64,000 bases of DNA from an uncultured Acidimicrobiia bacterium (GCA_963841465.1 CAWJCQ010000006.1:1168770-1232769), one strand, 5' to 3'; positions 1 through 9,880 are shown, counted from the stretch's first letter. Notes: generated by a model from the letters alone, not told the origin. A program made the numbers and translations.

Positions 1-1595
1 ACCGGGCCACCGCCGCCGACTCCCTGGGCGTCGATCTACGGCGGCGGTTCACGATGGACGACGGGGTGATCACCGCCTACCTCGACGAGCACCTCGACGA
101 CCCGGATGCCGCCAACGTCGCGGGCGGCATCCCGGACCCGGTGCTCGCGGAGATCGGCGCCGAGCGCACCGGCGCGATGCGCGAGATCGTCGCCACGATC
201 CAGGCCGAGCAGGATCTCGTCATCCGTGCGCCGATGGACCAGGTGCTGATCGTCCAGGGCGGGCCCGGCACCGGCAAGACCGCCGTCGCCCTCCACCGCG
301 CCGCCTACCTCCTGTTCGAGCACCGCCGCCGGCTCGCCCGCGACGGCGTGCTCGTGATCGGCCCGAACCGGGCGTTTCTCGACTACATCGGCAACGTCCT
401 GCCGTCGCTCGGCGAGCGCAGCGTGCGCCAGACGACGGTGCTCGACCTGTGCCTGCCGAAGGTCGAGATCAGCGCCGTCGACGAGCCCGCCGCGGCCCGC
501 GCCAAGGGCGACGCGTCGATGCTCCAAGAGCTGGAGCTGGCGGCGATGCTCGGCGTGACCCCGCCGACCGAGGACGTCGTCGTGCCGCTCGGGGTCCGTC
601 GCTTGGTCTTCAGGGCCGCCGAGATCTGCGAGTGGCTGGAGCGAGCGATGAACGGCGTGGTGCCGTTCAACCAGCGCCGGCTGCGGCTGCGCTCGATCGC
701 CCAGCAGGAACTGCGCCGGCGCACCGGCGAGGACGTGTGGTCCGAAGCCGGTCCGCTGCGCAAGGCGCTCGACGCGGCGTGGCCGACGCAGCAGCCGATC
801 CGCCTCGTCGACCGGTTGCTGCCCGGGCCGCGCGGCAAGCGGCGGCAGTGGACGGCGGCCGACCAGCTGCTCGTCGACGAGGCCAACTCGATCCTCAACG
901 GGCCGCCGCTCGTCTACGGCCACGTCGTGGTCGACGAGGCCCAGGACCACTCCGCCGTCGCCCTGCGGGTGATCGGGCGGCGCACTCCGGTGGCGTCGAT
1001 GACGCTCGTCGGCGACGTCGCCCAGTCGACCACACCCGCGGGCCAGGAACGCTGGGCCGACGTGTTCGCCCGCCTGGCCGTGGGGGCGGCGCGTGACGTC
1101 GCCGAGCTCACGATCGGGTACCGCGTGCCGGCGGCGATCCTCTCCGTCGCCAACCGCCTGCTGCCGCTGACCGGCGTCGACGCCAGCGCCAGCCGGAGCG
1201 TGCGCGCCGATGGTCACGCCCCGACGTGGGTGCACGCCACCGTCGGCGAGCTGGCGGCGGCGGTCGCCGCCGAGGCCCACCAGCTCAAGCACCGTCACCG
1301 GCTAACCGGGGTCGTCGCGCCGATCGAGCTGCACGCGGCCATCGCCACGAGCCTCGATGCTGTCGGACTGCGCGCCGTCGACCACCTCCACCAACTGCAC
1401 CACGGCGAGATCCCGATGTTCGGGCCGGAGCAGGTCAAGGGACTCGAGTTCGATGGCGTGGTCGTCGTCGAGCCCGACCGCATCCTCGACGGCACCGCCC
1501 GCGGCGCCCGCCTGCTCTACGTGGCGATGACCCGGGCCGTCCAGGAGCTCTCGTTCGTCACGACGTCACCCCACCCGACGCCCGCGCTGGCGTGA
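1..1595 (+). CDS. HelD/UvrD-like superfamily-1 DNA helicase (5' end probably outside window)
   Basis: ORF 54..1595 has no upstream stop back to base 3. Walker A GGPGTGKT, DExx-like VVVDEAQD, C-terminal LYVAMTRA helicase motif. Confidence 0.8.
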   Translation, partial: RATAADSLGVDLRRRFTMDDGVITAYLDEHLDDPDAANVAGGIPDPVLAEIGAERTGAMREIVATIQAEQDLVIRAPMDQVLIVQGGPGTGKTAVALHRAAYLLFEHRRRLARDGVLVIGPNRAFLDYIGNVLPSLGERSVRQTTVLDLCLPKVEISAVDEPAAARAKGDASMLQELELAAMLGVTPPTEDVVVPLGVRRLVFRAAEICEWLERAMNGVVPFNQRRLRLRSIAQQELRRRTGEDVWSEAGPLRKALDAAWPTQQPIRLVDRLLPGPRGKRRQWTAADQLLVDEANSILNGPPLVYGHVVVDEAQDHSAVALRVIGRRTPVASMTLVGDVAQSTTPAGQERWADVFARLAVGAARDVAELTIGYRVPAAILSVANRLLPLTGVDASASRSVRADGHAPTWVHATVGELAAAVAAEAHQLKHRHRLTGVVAPIELHAAIATSLDAVGLRAVDHLHQLHHGEIPMFGPEQVKGLEFDGVVVVEPDRILDGTARGARLLYVAMTRAVQELSFVTTSPHPTPALA

Positions 1596-1598
1596 CGT

Positions 1599-1648
1599 CG
1601 CGTTTGTGCATCGGTGATCGGCTCACGCACTGTCGGTGCACAAACGCG
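1599..1648. terminator. 12-bp perfect inverted repeat (CGCGTTTGTGCA ... TGCACAAACGCG) between convergent genes; possible bidirectional terminator
   Basis: Arms at 1599-1610 and 1637-1648 read directly. Lies between the helicase stop (1595) and the citrate synthase stop (1744). The 26-nt loop is large and there is no T-tract. Confidence 0.35.
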
Positions 1649-1743
1649 GGGTCCTACGCCACTGCCGGGCCGACGTAGCGGGCGCTGGGACGGATCAGCT
1701 TGCCGATCGCCGCCTGCTCGCAGGCGTGGGTGACCCAGGCGAT

Positions 1744-2775
1744 CTAGCGGCTGACCGCGAACGTCGGGGTGAACAGCGCCCGCGGCAGCCCCGCCGCCGC
1801 CATCACGACGCCGGCGAAGAACTCGACGTTGCTCGGCAGCGGGTGGTCCCGCTTGAGCCGGGCGAGCGTGGCGAGGATCCGCCCCTCCGCGTCGATCGCC
1901 TGCTCGACGAGCTCCCCGCCGAGGCCCTCGGCGACCTCCTGCAGCAGCGCCGAGCGGGGATCACGGGTGCGGTAGACGGCATGTCCGAAGCCCATGATCC
2001 GCCGCCCGGCGGTGACCTCGGCGGTGACCCACGCCTCGGTGTTGGCGGGGTCGCCGATGGCGTCGAGGGCGTCGAGCGCCCGGCTCGGCGCCCCGCCGTG
2101 CAACGGGCCGGCCAGCGCGCCGAGGGCGGCGCCGACGACGTCGGCCATGTCGGCACCGGTGGAGGCGACGACGCGGGCGGTGAACGTGGAGGCGTTGAAC
2201 CCGTGGTCGATCGTCAGGACGAGGTAGTGCTCGAGCGCCCGGACGGCGGCGGCGGTCGGGGTCTCGCCGGTGACCGCCCGAAGGTACGCCGCCGTCGGAC
2301 CAAGGGCGTCGTCGTCGTCAACCGGGTCGTGGCCGAGGCTGACCCGGTGCAGCGCGCCCACGATCGTCGGGATCACGGCGGCGACGCGCAGCCCCTGGGC
2401 GGCCCGTTCGTCGGGTGCGAGGTCGATCAGCGGGCGCAGCCTGAGCTCGTCGGCGGCGATCGACACCGCCGCCCGCAGACGTCCGAGCGTCGGACCGGTG
2501 GCCTCGGCGAGCGGGCCGAGCACGGGCAGCAGCGCGCTCGGCAGCGGCCGTGCCGCGGCAACCTCGGCACGGAATGCGGCGAGCTCGGCGGCGTCGGGGA
2601 GGTGGCCGCGGGCGACGAGGTGCCAGGCCTCCTCGAAGCTGACGCGGCGGGCGAGCTCGGTGACGTCGTGGCCGCGGTAGTGGAAGCAGCCAGCCTCGCC
2701 GTCGACGTCGCCGATCGAGGTGTCGGTGACGGCGACGCCGTTGAGGCCGGGGGGTACGTCGATGAGAAGGGTCAT
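1744..2775 (-). CDS. citrate synthase family protein (citrate/2-methylcitrate synthase-like)
   Basis: 343 aa. Motifs GPLHGGAPSRA and GFGHAVYRTRDPR are typical of the citrate synthase active-site region; NVEFFAG stands in place of the usual NVDFY. Confidence 0.85.
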   Translation of the reverse strand: MTLLIDVPPGLNGVAVTDTSIGDVDGEAGCFHYRGHDVTELARRVSFEEAWHLVARGHLPDAAELAAFRAEVAAARPLPSALLPVLGPLAEATGPTLGRLRAAVSIAADELRLRPLIDLAPDERAAQGLRVAAVIPTIVGALHRVSLGHDPVDDDDALGPTAAYLRAVTGETPTAAAVRALEHYLVLTIDHGFNASTFTARVVASTGADMADVVGAALGALAGPLHGGAPSRALDALDAIGDPANTEAWVTAEVTAGRRIMGFGHAVYRTRDPRSALLQEVAEGLGGELVEQAIDAEGRILATLARLKRDHPLPSNVEFFAGVVMAAAGLPRALFTPTFAVSR

Positions 2776-2805
2776 GCCGCCATCCTGAGCGCGCGAGCGG
2801 CCTCA

Positions 2806-2830
2806 TCAACATTGATCTAGTCAACGTTGA
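2806..2830. promoter_or_regulatory. tandem 10-bp palindromes TCAACATTGA-TCTAG-TCAACGTTGA in a divergent promoter region; candidate operator
   Basis: Read directly in the 77-bp gap between the two divergent citrate-synthase paralogues. AT-richer than the surroundings. Confidence 0.35.
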
Positions 2831-2852
2831 CACACGCAGTACGCTCGACCGC

Positions 2853-4019
2853 GTGACGAGGTACGTCGGCGCCACGGAAGCCGCCCGCCTGCTCGGGATC
2901 CAGAAGGCCACGCTCTACGCCTACGTCAGCCGCGGCTTGATCGGCCGGCGCGTGGCCGTCGACGGGCGCACATCGCTGTATGCGGTCGACGACGTCGAAT
3001 CGCTCGCCGGCCGCGTGCACAAGCCGCAGGCCGAGCCGCGACCGTCGCTCGATGTGCAGATCACCACCGCCGTCACGACGCTCGACGAGTCGGGCGTGCG
3101 ATACCGCGGCTGGGACGTCGCCGAGCTGTCCCGACACTGCTCGTTCGAGCAGGTCACCGGGCTGCTGTGGGCCGGGGTGGTCGGGCCCCGTGAGCCGTGG
3201 GACCCGCCCGGCCACGAGGACCTCGCCACGACGATCGCCGTCACCGACGCCGTCGGTGTCACGGGTGTGCCGGCGCTCGTCGCGGTGTCCAGCGCCCTCG
3301 GCGTCCGACATCCGGGCGACGACCCGGCGGCCGCGGCGAAGCGTTTGATCGGTGTCGCCCCCGCCGCCGTGCGTCGTCGAACAAACGCGGCGATCCCGTG
3401 GGACGCCGGCATCGGCGCTCGTCTGGCCGTGGCGTGGCATCCCGACCCGCCGCCAGAGCTGCCCGGCACACTCGACCGGGCACTTGTCCTGCTCGCCGAC
3501 CACGAACTGGCCACCTCGACGCTGGCCGTGCGCGTCGCGGGGTCGACCTGGCCCAGCCCGTACCTCGCCTACGCCGCCGGCCTCGCCGCGCTCCATGGCC
3601 CCTACCACGGCGGCGCCGCCCGCGCCGTCCACGAGCTGCTCGTCGAGTGCGAGGGGGAGGGGGCCGCGCCCGTCGTGATGCGTCGGCTGCAGTCCCGAGA
3701 GCGGCTACCCGGCTTCGGCCACAAGATCTACGCCGGCGACGATCCCCGACTCGCCCCGTTGCTCGAGCTCGTGCGCGGGCTCCCGGATCGGTCGGGCCGG
3801 ATCGACGTCGTCGACGACCTGCTCGCCGAGACCGGCGTGCGGATGACCAAGCGGCCCAACGTCGACCTCGGCCTCGGCGCCCTGACGTTCGTCGCCGGGC
3901 TCCCAGACGACATCGAGCCGTTCGCTGTCGCCCGCCTCGCCGGGTTCGCCGCCCACCTCCAAGAGGAGATGGAGGAGCGACCGGTGCGCTATCGCGGCCT
4001 GGCCCGCGCCAAGCCCTGA
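2853..4019 (+). CDS. excisionase/MerR-type HTH domain fused to a citrate-synthase-like domain
   Basis: N-terminus ATEAARLLGIQKATLYAYVSRGLI resembles an HTH_17 (excisionase-family) motif. The remainder has GPYHGGAARAV, GFGHKIYAGDDPR and PNVDLGLG citrate synthase motifs. Confidence 0.8.
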   Translation: MTRYVGATEAARLLGIQKATLYAYVSRGLIGRRVAVDGRTSLYAVDDVESLAGRVHKPQAEPRPSLDVQITTAVTTLDESGVRYRGWDVAELSRHCSFEQVTGLLWAGVVGPREPWDPPGHEDLATTIAVTDAVGVTGVPALVAVSSALGVRHPGDDPAAAAKRLIGVAPAAVRRRTNAAIPWDAGIGARLAVAWHPDPPPELPGTLDRALVLLADHELATSTLAVRVAGSTWPSPYLAYAAGLAALHGPYHGGAARAVHELLVECEGEGAAPVVMRRLQSRERLPGFGHKIYAGDDPRLAPLLELVRGLPDRSGRIDVVDDLLAETGVRMTKRPNVDLGLGALTFVAGLPDDIEPFAVARLAGFAAHLQEEMEERPVRYRGLARAKP

Positions 4020-4309
4020 ACCCGCGAAGGAATCGCCCGGTCTCCCGGTGTCACCTCGGCTGCGGCCGGCGAGTTGCGCAAAGGGTGTTCGCCGGGGCGA
4101 CCGCGCGCGGTCGGAGCGGTCGGTCAGGGCCCGCCGGGCGCAACCTCACCGAGCAGGGGTGGATCTCCTACCTCGGCGACCTCGGTGGGTACCGGCCGAC
4201 GGGCCCGGCCGATCCGACGCCCTGAACCCACACGCCCTGAGCCCTGACGCGTTTCGGTCCGGATCCCGCTCGCACCGGCGACCGGGATCCGGACCAACAC
4301 GACAGACGG

Positions 4310-6070
4310 TCAGGCCGCCGCCAGGTCTGCCGCCGGGATCTCGTAGCTCTTGCCGTCGTTCTCGAGGACGGTCTGGCCGGCCTGCTCCTGGGTGTGGCTC
4401 TGCAGCCACTCGTCGCCGGCGACCGCACCGGCAACGATGTTCTCGCCTTCGAGGAGGACGTTGTCGCCGGGGCCGCCGTCGAGCGTGTCGACGCCGGGAC
4501 CACCGATCAGCACGTCGTCGCCGGCGCCGCCGAGGAGCGTGTCATCGCCCTCGCCGCCGATGCCGACGTCGTCGCCGTTGCCGAGGTCGATCGTCAGCTG
4601 CGCCGTCCCGGCCACGACCTGCGAGGCGTCGACGACGTCGTCGCCGTCGAGGGCCTTGATCGTGACCCGGTCCGTGGCCGGGGAGGCACCGGCGATGGAC
4701 ACCGCCGTCGCCAGGCCGGGGCCCTGGACGTCCATCGCCCCGCCCTGACCCTGGGCCACGATCACGTCGTCGCCGAGGGTGCCATCGATCGTGACGTTGT
4801 CGGCGGCGCCGTCGTCGGTGGCAGTCCCAGACGGGTTGGCGAGATCCGTGAAGATCTGGGTGAGGTCGGTGCCGGTCATGTCGTGGACGGCGAGATTGTC
4901 GGCCCCGCCCTTGGCGGTGAGGTCGATGCGCTCGACGTCATCGAGGTCCATCGTGATGCTGGCGACGTTGCGGAAGAAGCGCACCCGCCCGCCGTTCGCC
5001 GACACGTCGAAGTTCTCGTCGATGTTGGCCCCGTTGAACAGCATCGTGTCGGCGCCGTCCTGACCCTCGACGACGTCGCTGCCGTCGCCCGGATCCCAGA
5101 TGAAGGTGTCGTCGCCGGCGCCCAGGATGCCGACGTCGTCACCGCGGTTGCCGTCGATCGTGTCGTTGCCGTCGCCGCCGAGCAGCATGTCGGCGCCATC
5201 GCCGCCGTTGATGGTGTCGTTGCCGGCGCCACCGTCGACGTTGATCTTGATCAGCGTTGCGAGGCCATTGCTTCCCGTGAACGAGTCGTCGCCGCCGTTG
5301 GCGTTGAGCACGAGGTTCTCGGTCGTTCCGATGTCGACGAAGAACGGCGCCGGGTTGACCCGGTCGAAGCGCACCCGAGCGCCATTGGGTGTCGTCGTGA
5401 ACTGCTCGGCGCCGTTGCCGCCGTTGACCTCGGTCGTGTCGTTGCCGTCGCCACCCTCGTTGAGGTCGTTGTCGTCGCCCGGGTTCCAGATCATCCGGTC
5501 GTCGCCGGCCTCGCCGAAGGCCTGGTCGTCGGCGTCGCCGCCGGTCAGCGTGTCGTTGCCGGCGCCGCCGACCATCACGTCGTTGCCGCCCTTGCCGAGC
5601 ATCGTGTCGTTGCCGGCCTGGCCGATCAGCAGGTCAGTGGCCGACCCGCCCGTCAGCGTGTCGTCGCCAATGCCGCCGATCAACGTGGCCCGCGGCAGCG
5701 CCCCGTTGGCCTCGTCGAGCGCCAGGGTGTCATTGCCGGCCTGGCCGATCATCGTGACCGCTCGGGTGTTGGCGACCGTCGGCGTCCCACCCACCACGGG
5801 GATCGCCCCGCCGTTGACGAGGATCGTGCCGGCGGCGTCCCGGCTCACCGTGATCGCGTTGTCGTTGCCGTCCCCGATCACCGTGAGCACGCCGAGCGTG
5901 AACACGGCGCTGGGGCCGTTGGCGGCGTGGACCTGTCCGGGGCCGACGACGATTCCCATCGCCCCTGCACTGGCCAGACCGCCGAGGACGAGGCCACCGG
6001 TACGCCGGCGCCGTCCGTGATGTCGTGAAGTCACGAACCATCTCCATTCATCCGCGCGCGACCCGCTCAT
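4310..6070 (-). CDS. secreted RTX-type calcium-binding repeat protein
   Basis: 586 aa. Dozens of GGxGxD nonapeptide repeats (GGAGNDTLTGG, GGDGNDTIDG and similar). N-terminus has RRRR followed by a hydrophobic stretch and AxA (VHAANG), resembling a signal peptide. Confidence 0.8.
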   Translation of the reverse strand: MSGSRADEWRWFVTSRHHGRRRRTGGLVLGGLASAGAMGIVVGPGQVHAANGPSAVFTLGVLTVIGDGNDNAITVSRDAAGTILVNGGAIPVVGGTPTVANTRAVTMIGQAGNDTLALDEANGALPRATLIGGIGDDTLTGGSATDLLIGQAGNDTMLGKGGNDVMVGGAGNDTLTGGDADDQAFGEAGDDRMIWNPGDDNDLNEGGDGNDTTEVNGGNGAEQFTTTPNGARVRFDRVNPAPFFVDIGTTENLVLNANGGDDSFTGSNGLATLIKINVDGGAGNDTINGGDGADMLLGGDGNDTIDGNRGDDVGILGAGDDTFIWDPGDGSDVVEGQDGADTMLFNGANIDENFDVSANGGRVRFFRNVASITMDLDDVERIDLTAKGGADNLAVHDMTGTDLTQIFTDLANPSGTATDDGAADNVTIDGTLGDDVIVAQGQGGAMDVQGPGLATAVSIAGASPATDRVTIKALDGDDVVDASQVVAGTAQLTIDLGNGDDVGIGGEGDDTLLGGAGDDVLIGGPGVDTLDGGPGDNVLLEGENIVAGAVAGDEWLQSHTQEQAGQTVLENDGKSYEIPAADLAAA

Positions 6071-6189
6071 CGGGCCGCTCCATGGCCCCAGTACGCCGAC
6101 GCGGCGGATGCGGTTCTGCGCGCAACAGGTCAGGCGATCTCCAGCCGATCTGCAAGCACCGCTACGACCGACGCGCGCACCGAGCAGCG

Positions 6190-6708
6190 ATGCGAACCGT
6201 GCTGCGACACGTCATGGCCGCCAATCGCGCCTACTCGACCCCGCCCTTCTTCGACTTCCTGCGCGACGAGACCCTCACGCCGCGCCAGCGGCTGGCGTTC
6301 GTGCCCTGCAGCGCCGGTCAACCGGCACACCTTGAGGACGACCACCACTGGCCGTGGTACCTCGACGACCTGGCCCTGCTCGGCCACGACCACCAGCGGC
6401 CCACGACCGACGTGCTGCGCGCCGTCTACAGCGACCGCACGGCCGTCAACCGGATGCTGAGCGGGCGATTGGCGCACCTGATCCACGGCGTCACGCCGAC
6501 CGAGCGGCTGGTGGTCGTCGAGGCGATCGAGGAGACCGGCAGCGGGCTGTTCTCGCTACCGCCGGGCTGGCGCGGCGCATCGAGCAGGAGGAAGCGACGC
6601 CGGCCGGGCGCGCTGCCGATGGCTGGTCGATCGTGTCGTGGAGCTGATCGCGACGTGGGTGGCCGAGCTCCACGCCTACGCGCTGGCGGAGCTCAGCCTG
6701 GCCGTCTG
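6190..6708 (+). pseudogene. possible degraded gene of unknown family (apparent frame changes)
   Basis: Plausible protein text MRTVLRHVMAANRAYSTPPFFDFLRDETLTPRQRLAFVPC...EDDHHWPWYLDDLALLGH...VVVEAIEETGSG in frame 1. A plausible C-terminus (VVELIATWVAELHAYALAELSLAV-stop at 6708) sits in another frame. The listed long ORF 6025..7530 runs antisense into cobA and is not credible as a whole. Confidence 0.3.
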
Positions 6709-7416
6709 AGCGGCTGTCAACTCGAGCGCGGCGACGGCGCCGATCACGATCACCGCCGGTGCCTCGACCGGCGTCGTCGCCAACTCGTCGAGACGGCACC
6801 GGGCAACGACCTCATCTGGCGTCGTGGCCGAGCGGACCGCGGCCACGGGAGTCGACGGCGGCAGTCCGCCGGCGATCAGCTCGGCGGCGATCGTGGCCCG
6901 CCGGGCGACCCCCATCAGCACGACCACCGTGCCGCCGACGCGAGCGAGTGCCCGCCAGTCGACGTCGGGCTCGTCGACTCGGCGGTGCCCGGTGACGACG
7001 GTGAACGCAGCGGCCACGCCGCGATGGGTGACCGGGACGCCGGCGGCGGCGGGGGCGGCGACGGCGGAGGTGATGCCGGGCACGACCTCGAACGGGATGC
7101 CGGCGTCGAGCAGGGCCTGGGCCTCCTCGCCGCCGCGGCCGAAGACGTACGGGTCGCCGCCTTTCAGCCGTACGACGCGGCGACCGTCGCGAGCGAGCTC
7201 GACGAGCAGCGTCGAGATCAGCTCTTGCGGCACCGGACGCCCGGGCCGCTTGCCGACGTCGATCAGCTCGGCGTCGGGCGCGACGAGGGCGAGCACGGCG
7301 TCGCCGACGAGGGCGTCGTGGACGACGACGTCGGCCGCCGCCAACAGGCGGGCGGCGCGCACGGTGAGGAGGTCGGGATCACCAGGGCCGGCCCCGACCA
7401 GCGCAACCGGCGTCAT
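6676..7416 (-). CDS. cobA: uroporphyrinogen-III C-methyltransferase
   Basis: 246 aa. N-terminal VALVGAGPGDPDLLTVRA SAM-methylase motif of the CobA/CysG-C family. Start overlaps the sirA stop. Confidence 0.85.
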   Translation of the reverse strand: MTPVALVGAGPGDPDLLTVRAARLLAAADVVVHDALVGDAVLALVAPDAELIDVGKRPGRPVPQELISTLLVELARDGRRVVRLKGGDPYVFGRGGEEAQALLDAGIPFEVVPGITSAVAAPAAAGVPVTHRGVAAAFTVVTGHRRVDEPDVDWRALARVGGTVVVLMGVARRATIAAELIAGGLPPSTPVAAVRSATTPDEVVARCRLDELATTPVEAPAVIVIGAVAALELTAAQTARLSSASA

Positions 7417-9132
7417 GACGCCGCCCGCCGGCGCACGACCGGCTCGGGCAGCCAGGTCGCGATCGTCTCGGTGCCGATCGCCTGCGACCAGTCGCCGAAC
7501 GACTCGCCGGGGTCGGACCGCTCGGCGTAGCGGGCGAACACCGGAGCCAGCGTCGCCGCCAGCTGGTCCAGCGGGACGTCGGCGCGGATCCGCTCGCCGA
7601 GGCGCTCACCGGTGGGCGAACCGCCGACGTACACGTCGTAGCCGCGCTTGGTCCGTCCCACCACGCCGATCTCGGCGGTGTATGGGCGGGCGCAGCCGTT
7701 CGGGCACCCGGTCATGTTGAGACGGATCGGGGCGTCGCCATTGCCGGAGTCGGCGAGCGCCTTCTCCAGCCCGGTGACGAGGTCGGGCAGCGCCCGCTCG
7801 GCCTCGCTCAGCGCCAGCCCGCACGTCGGCAACGCCGGGCAGGCGATCGACAGCCGCCGCAGCGCGCTCGACATCACCAGCGAGCCTGACGCCGTGCGCA
7901 CGGAGGCGTTCCTCGACCTCCTCGGTGCGACCGTCGGCGATCCCGTGCAGCAGCAGGTCCTGGCGGCCGGTGACCGTGATCCGCGTGACGGTGCCGTCGG
8001 CGGTCAGCGCCCGCAGCGCCGTCCGCAGGTGCACGCCGTCGCGGTCGGCGACCTTGCCCGACGGCACGGGCAGCCCGATCACGCCGTCGCGCGTGCCGTG
8101 GTATTCCTCCGCCTCCCACGGCACCTGCTCGGCGAGCGCAGCGAGCTCGAAGGCGACCCGGCGACCGACCTCGGCGCGCACCCACTCGATGCCCCGCTCC
8201 TCGACGAGGTACTTCAGGCGGGCTCGGTGGCGGTCGTCGCGGCGGCCGAAGTCGCGCTGCGTCGTGACCACCGCCTCGACGACGTCGACGACACGCTCCG
8301 GCGACACGAAGCCGAGCGGCTGGGCGAGCAGCGGGTAGGTGTCCTCCTCACGGGCGTGGCTCATGCCGAGCCCACCGCCGACGTAGACGTTGTATCCGAC
8401 CGGCTCGCCGGTGGTGCCGTCGCTGAGGATCGGGACGATCCCGACGTCGTTGGCGAGGACGTCGACGTTGTTGTCGCCGGGCCAGGCGACGGCGATCTTG
8501 AACTTGCGCGGCAGGTAGACGTCGCCGTAGACCGGCTCGACCGAGCGCTTGCGGCCCTTCGGAGCGCCCAACGGCAGCGGTGCCGGTGCCGCGGTCACCG
8601 CTTTGTCGCCGTCAACCCACAACTCCCAGTACGACTCGGTCTGCGGGCGGAAGCGGGCGACCAGGGCGGCGACGAGCGGGGAGATCACCCTGTGGCGCTC
8701 GTCTGGCCACGGAGAACCCATCACGTTGCGCACGACGTCGCCGCAGGCTGCGAGCGTCGTCAGCAGCGCCCGGTTGATCGCCTCCACGAGCTGGTGCAGC
8801 TCACCCTTGTGCACCATGTGGAACTGCATGCCCTGGCGGGTGGTGAGGCGCATCGAGCCGTCGGCGAGGTCGGCCACGCGGTCGAGGGCCAGCCACTGCT
8901 CGGCGGTCAGCCTGCCGCCGGGCACCGAGGCGCGAACCATGCACGAGTAGGCGAGCGGCAGCTTCCTCGACGCCCGCTCACGTCGGACGTCGCGGTCGTC
9001 CTGCTGGTAGATGCCGTGGAACTTGAGCAGCACCTGACTGTCGCCGTCGAAGGCTTCGGTGCCGTCGACGAGCTGCTCGGGCAGCTCGCCGCGCAGGAAG
9101 CCGCTGGCCCGCTTGACGTCCTCCACGCTCAC
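7413..9132 (-). pseudogene. sirA: ferredoxin-type sulfite reductase (siroheme/4Fe-4S) carrying one apparent frameshift near 7868-7885
   Basis: The N-terminal ~415 aa are in ORF 7606..9132. The C-terminal part, with the SIACPALPTCGLALSEAERALP and NMTGCPNGCARPY cluster motifs, is in ORF 7413..7901. Total length is 1720 nt, not a multiple of 3. Confidence 0.8.
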
Positions 9133-9253
9133 TGGTGCACCATCCCGAGGTCGAGGAGGTCGTCGACCCTCCGTGCCTGGTGCACCAGTGAGCCTTCGGC
9201 GCCGTAACGCTGATTCGCTCGCTCGAAGACTCGCTCGCTCATTCTCCGCTCAG

Positions 9254-9880
9254 TCACGACACGTGGATCCCGCACTCGGACTTGTCGGTGCCGGCCCAGC
9301 GCCCGGCGCGGGCGTCCTCGCCCGGGGCCACCGGCCGGGTGCACGGCCAGCAGCCAATCGAGGCATATCCCCGTGACGCCAGCGGGTGCTCGGGCAGCAG
9401 CTCCATCGCCGCGTAGTGGGCGACGTCATCGTCGGACCACGTGGCGACCGGGTTGACCTTGGTGATGTCGCGCAGCAGGTCGCGATGCACGATCGGGGTC
9501 GAAGCCCGGGCCTCGGAGTCGGCCCGGCGCAGCCCCGTGACCCACGCCGTCTTGCCGGCCAGCGCCCGCTGCAGCGGCTCGACCTTGCGGGCGCCGCAGC
9601 AGGCGTCGGTGTCGGTCACCCACTGGTCGGGCACGGCGTCGTCGAGCGGACGCACGATGCGCAGGTTGAGGCCGTACCCACGGCGCAGGCGCTGGGCGTA
9701 CCATGCCGTCTCGGCGAACAGGTAGCCGGTGTCGAGGAGCACGACATCGGCCTCCGGGATCGCCCGGCTGACGAGGTGCACAAGCACGGCGTCTCCGAAG
9801 CTCGCCGTCACCACCAGGCCGTCACCGAACTCCTCACCCGCCCAGTGGAGGATCTCCAGGGGATGAGCGTCCTCGAACAC
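9254..9880 (-). CDS. cysH: adenylyl-sulfate (APS)/PAPS reductase, Fe-S type
   Basis: 208 aa. CCGARKVEPL plus SIGCWPCT cysteine motifs and the C-terminal ECGIH catalytic motif. Confidence 0.85.
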   Translation of the reverse strand: MFEDAHPLEILHWAGEEFGDGLVVTASFGDAVLVHLVSRAIPEADVVLLDTGYLFAETAWYAQRLRRGYGLNLRIVRPLDDAVPDQWVTDTDACCGARKVEPLQRALAGKTAWVTGLRRADSEARASTPIVHRDLLRDITKVNPVATWSDDDVAHYAAMELLPEHPLASRGYASIGCWPCTRPVAPGEDARAGRWAGTDKSECGIHVS

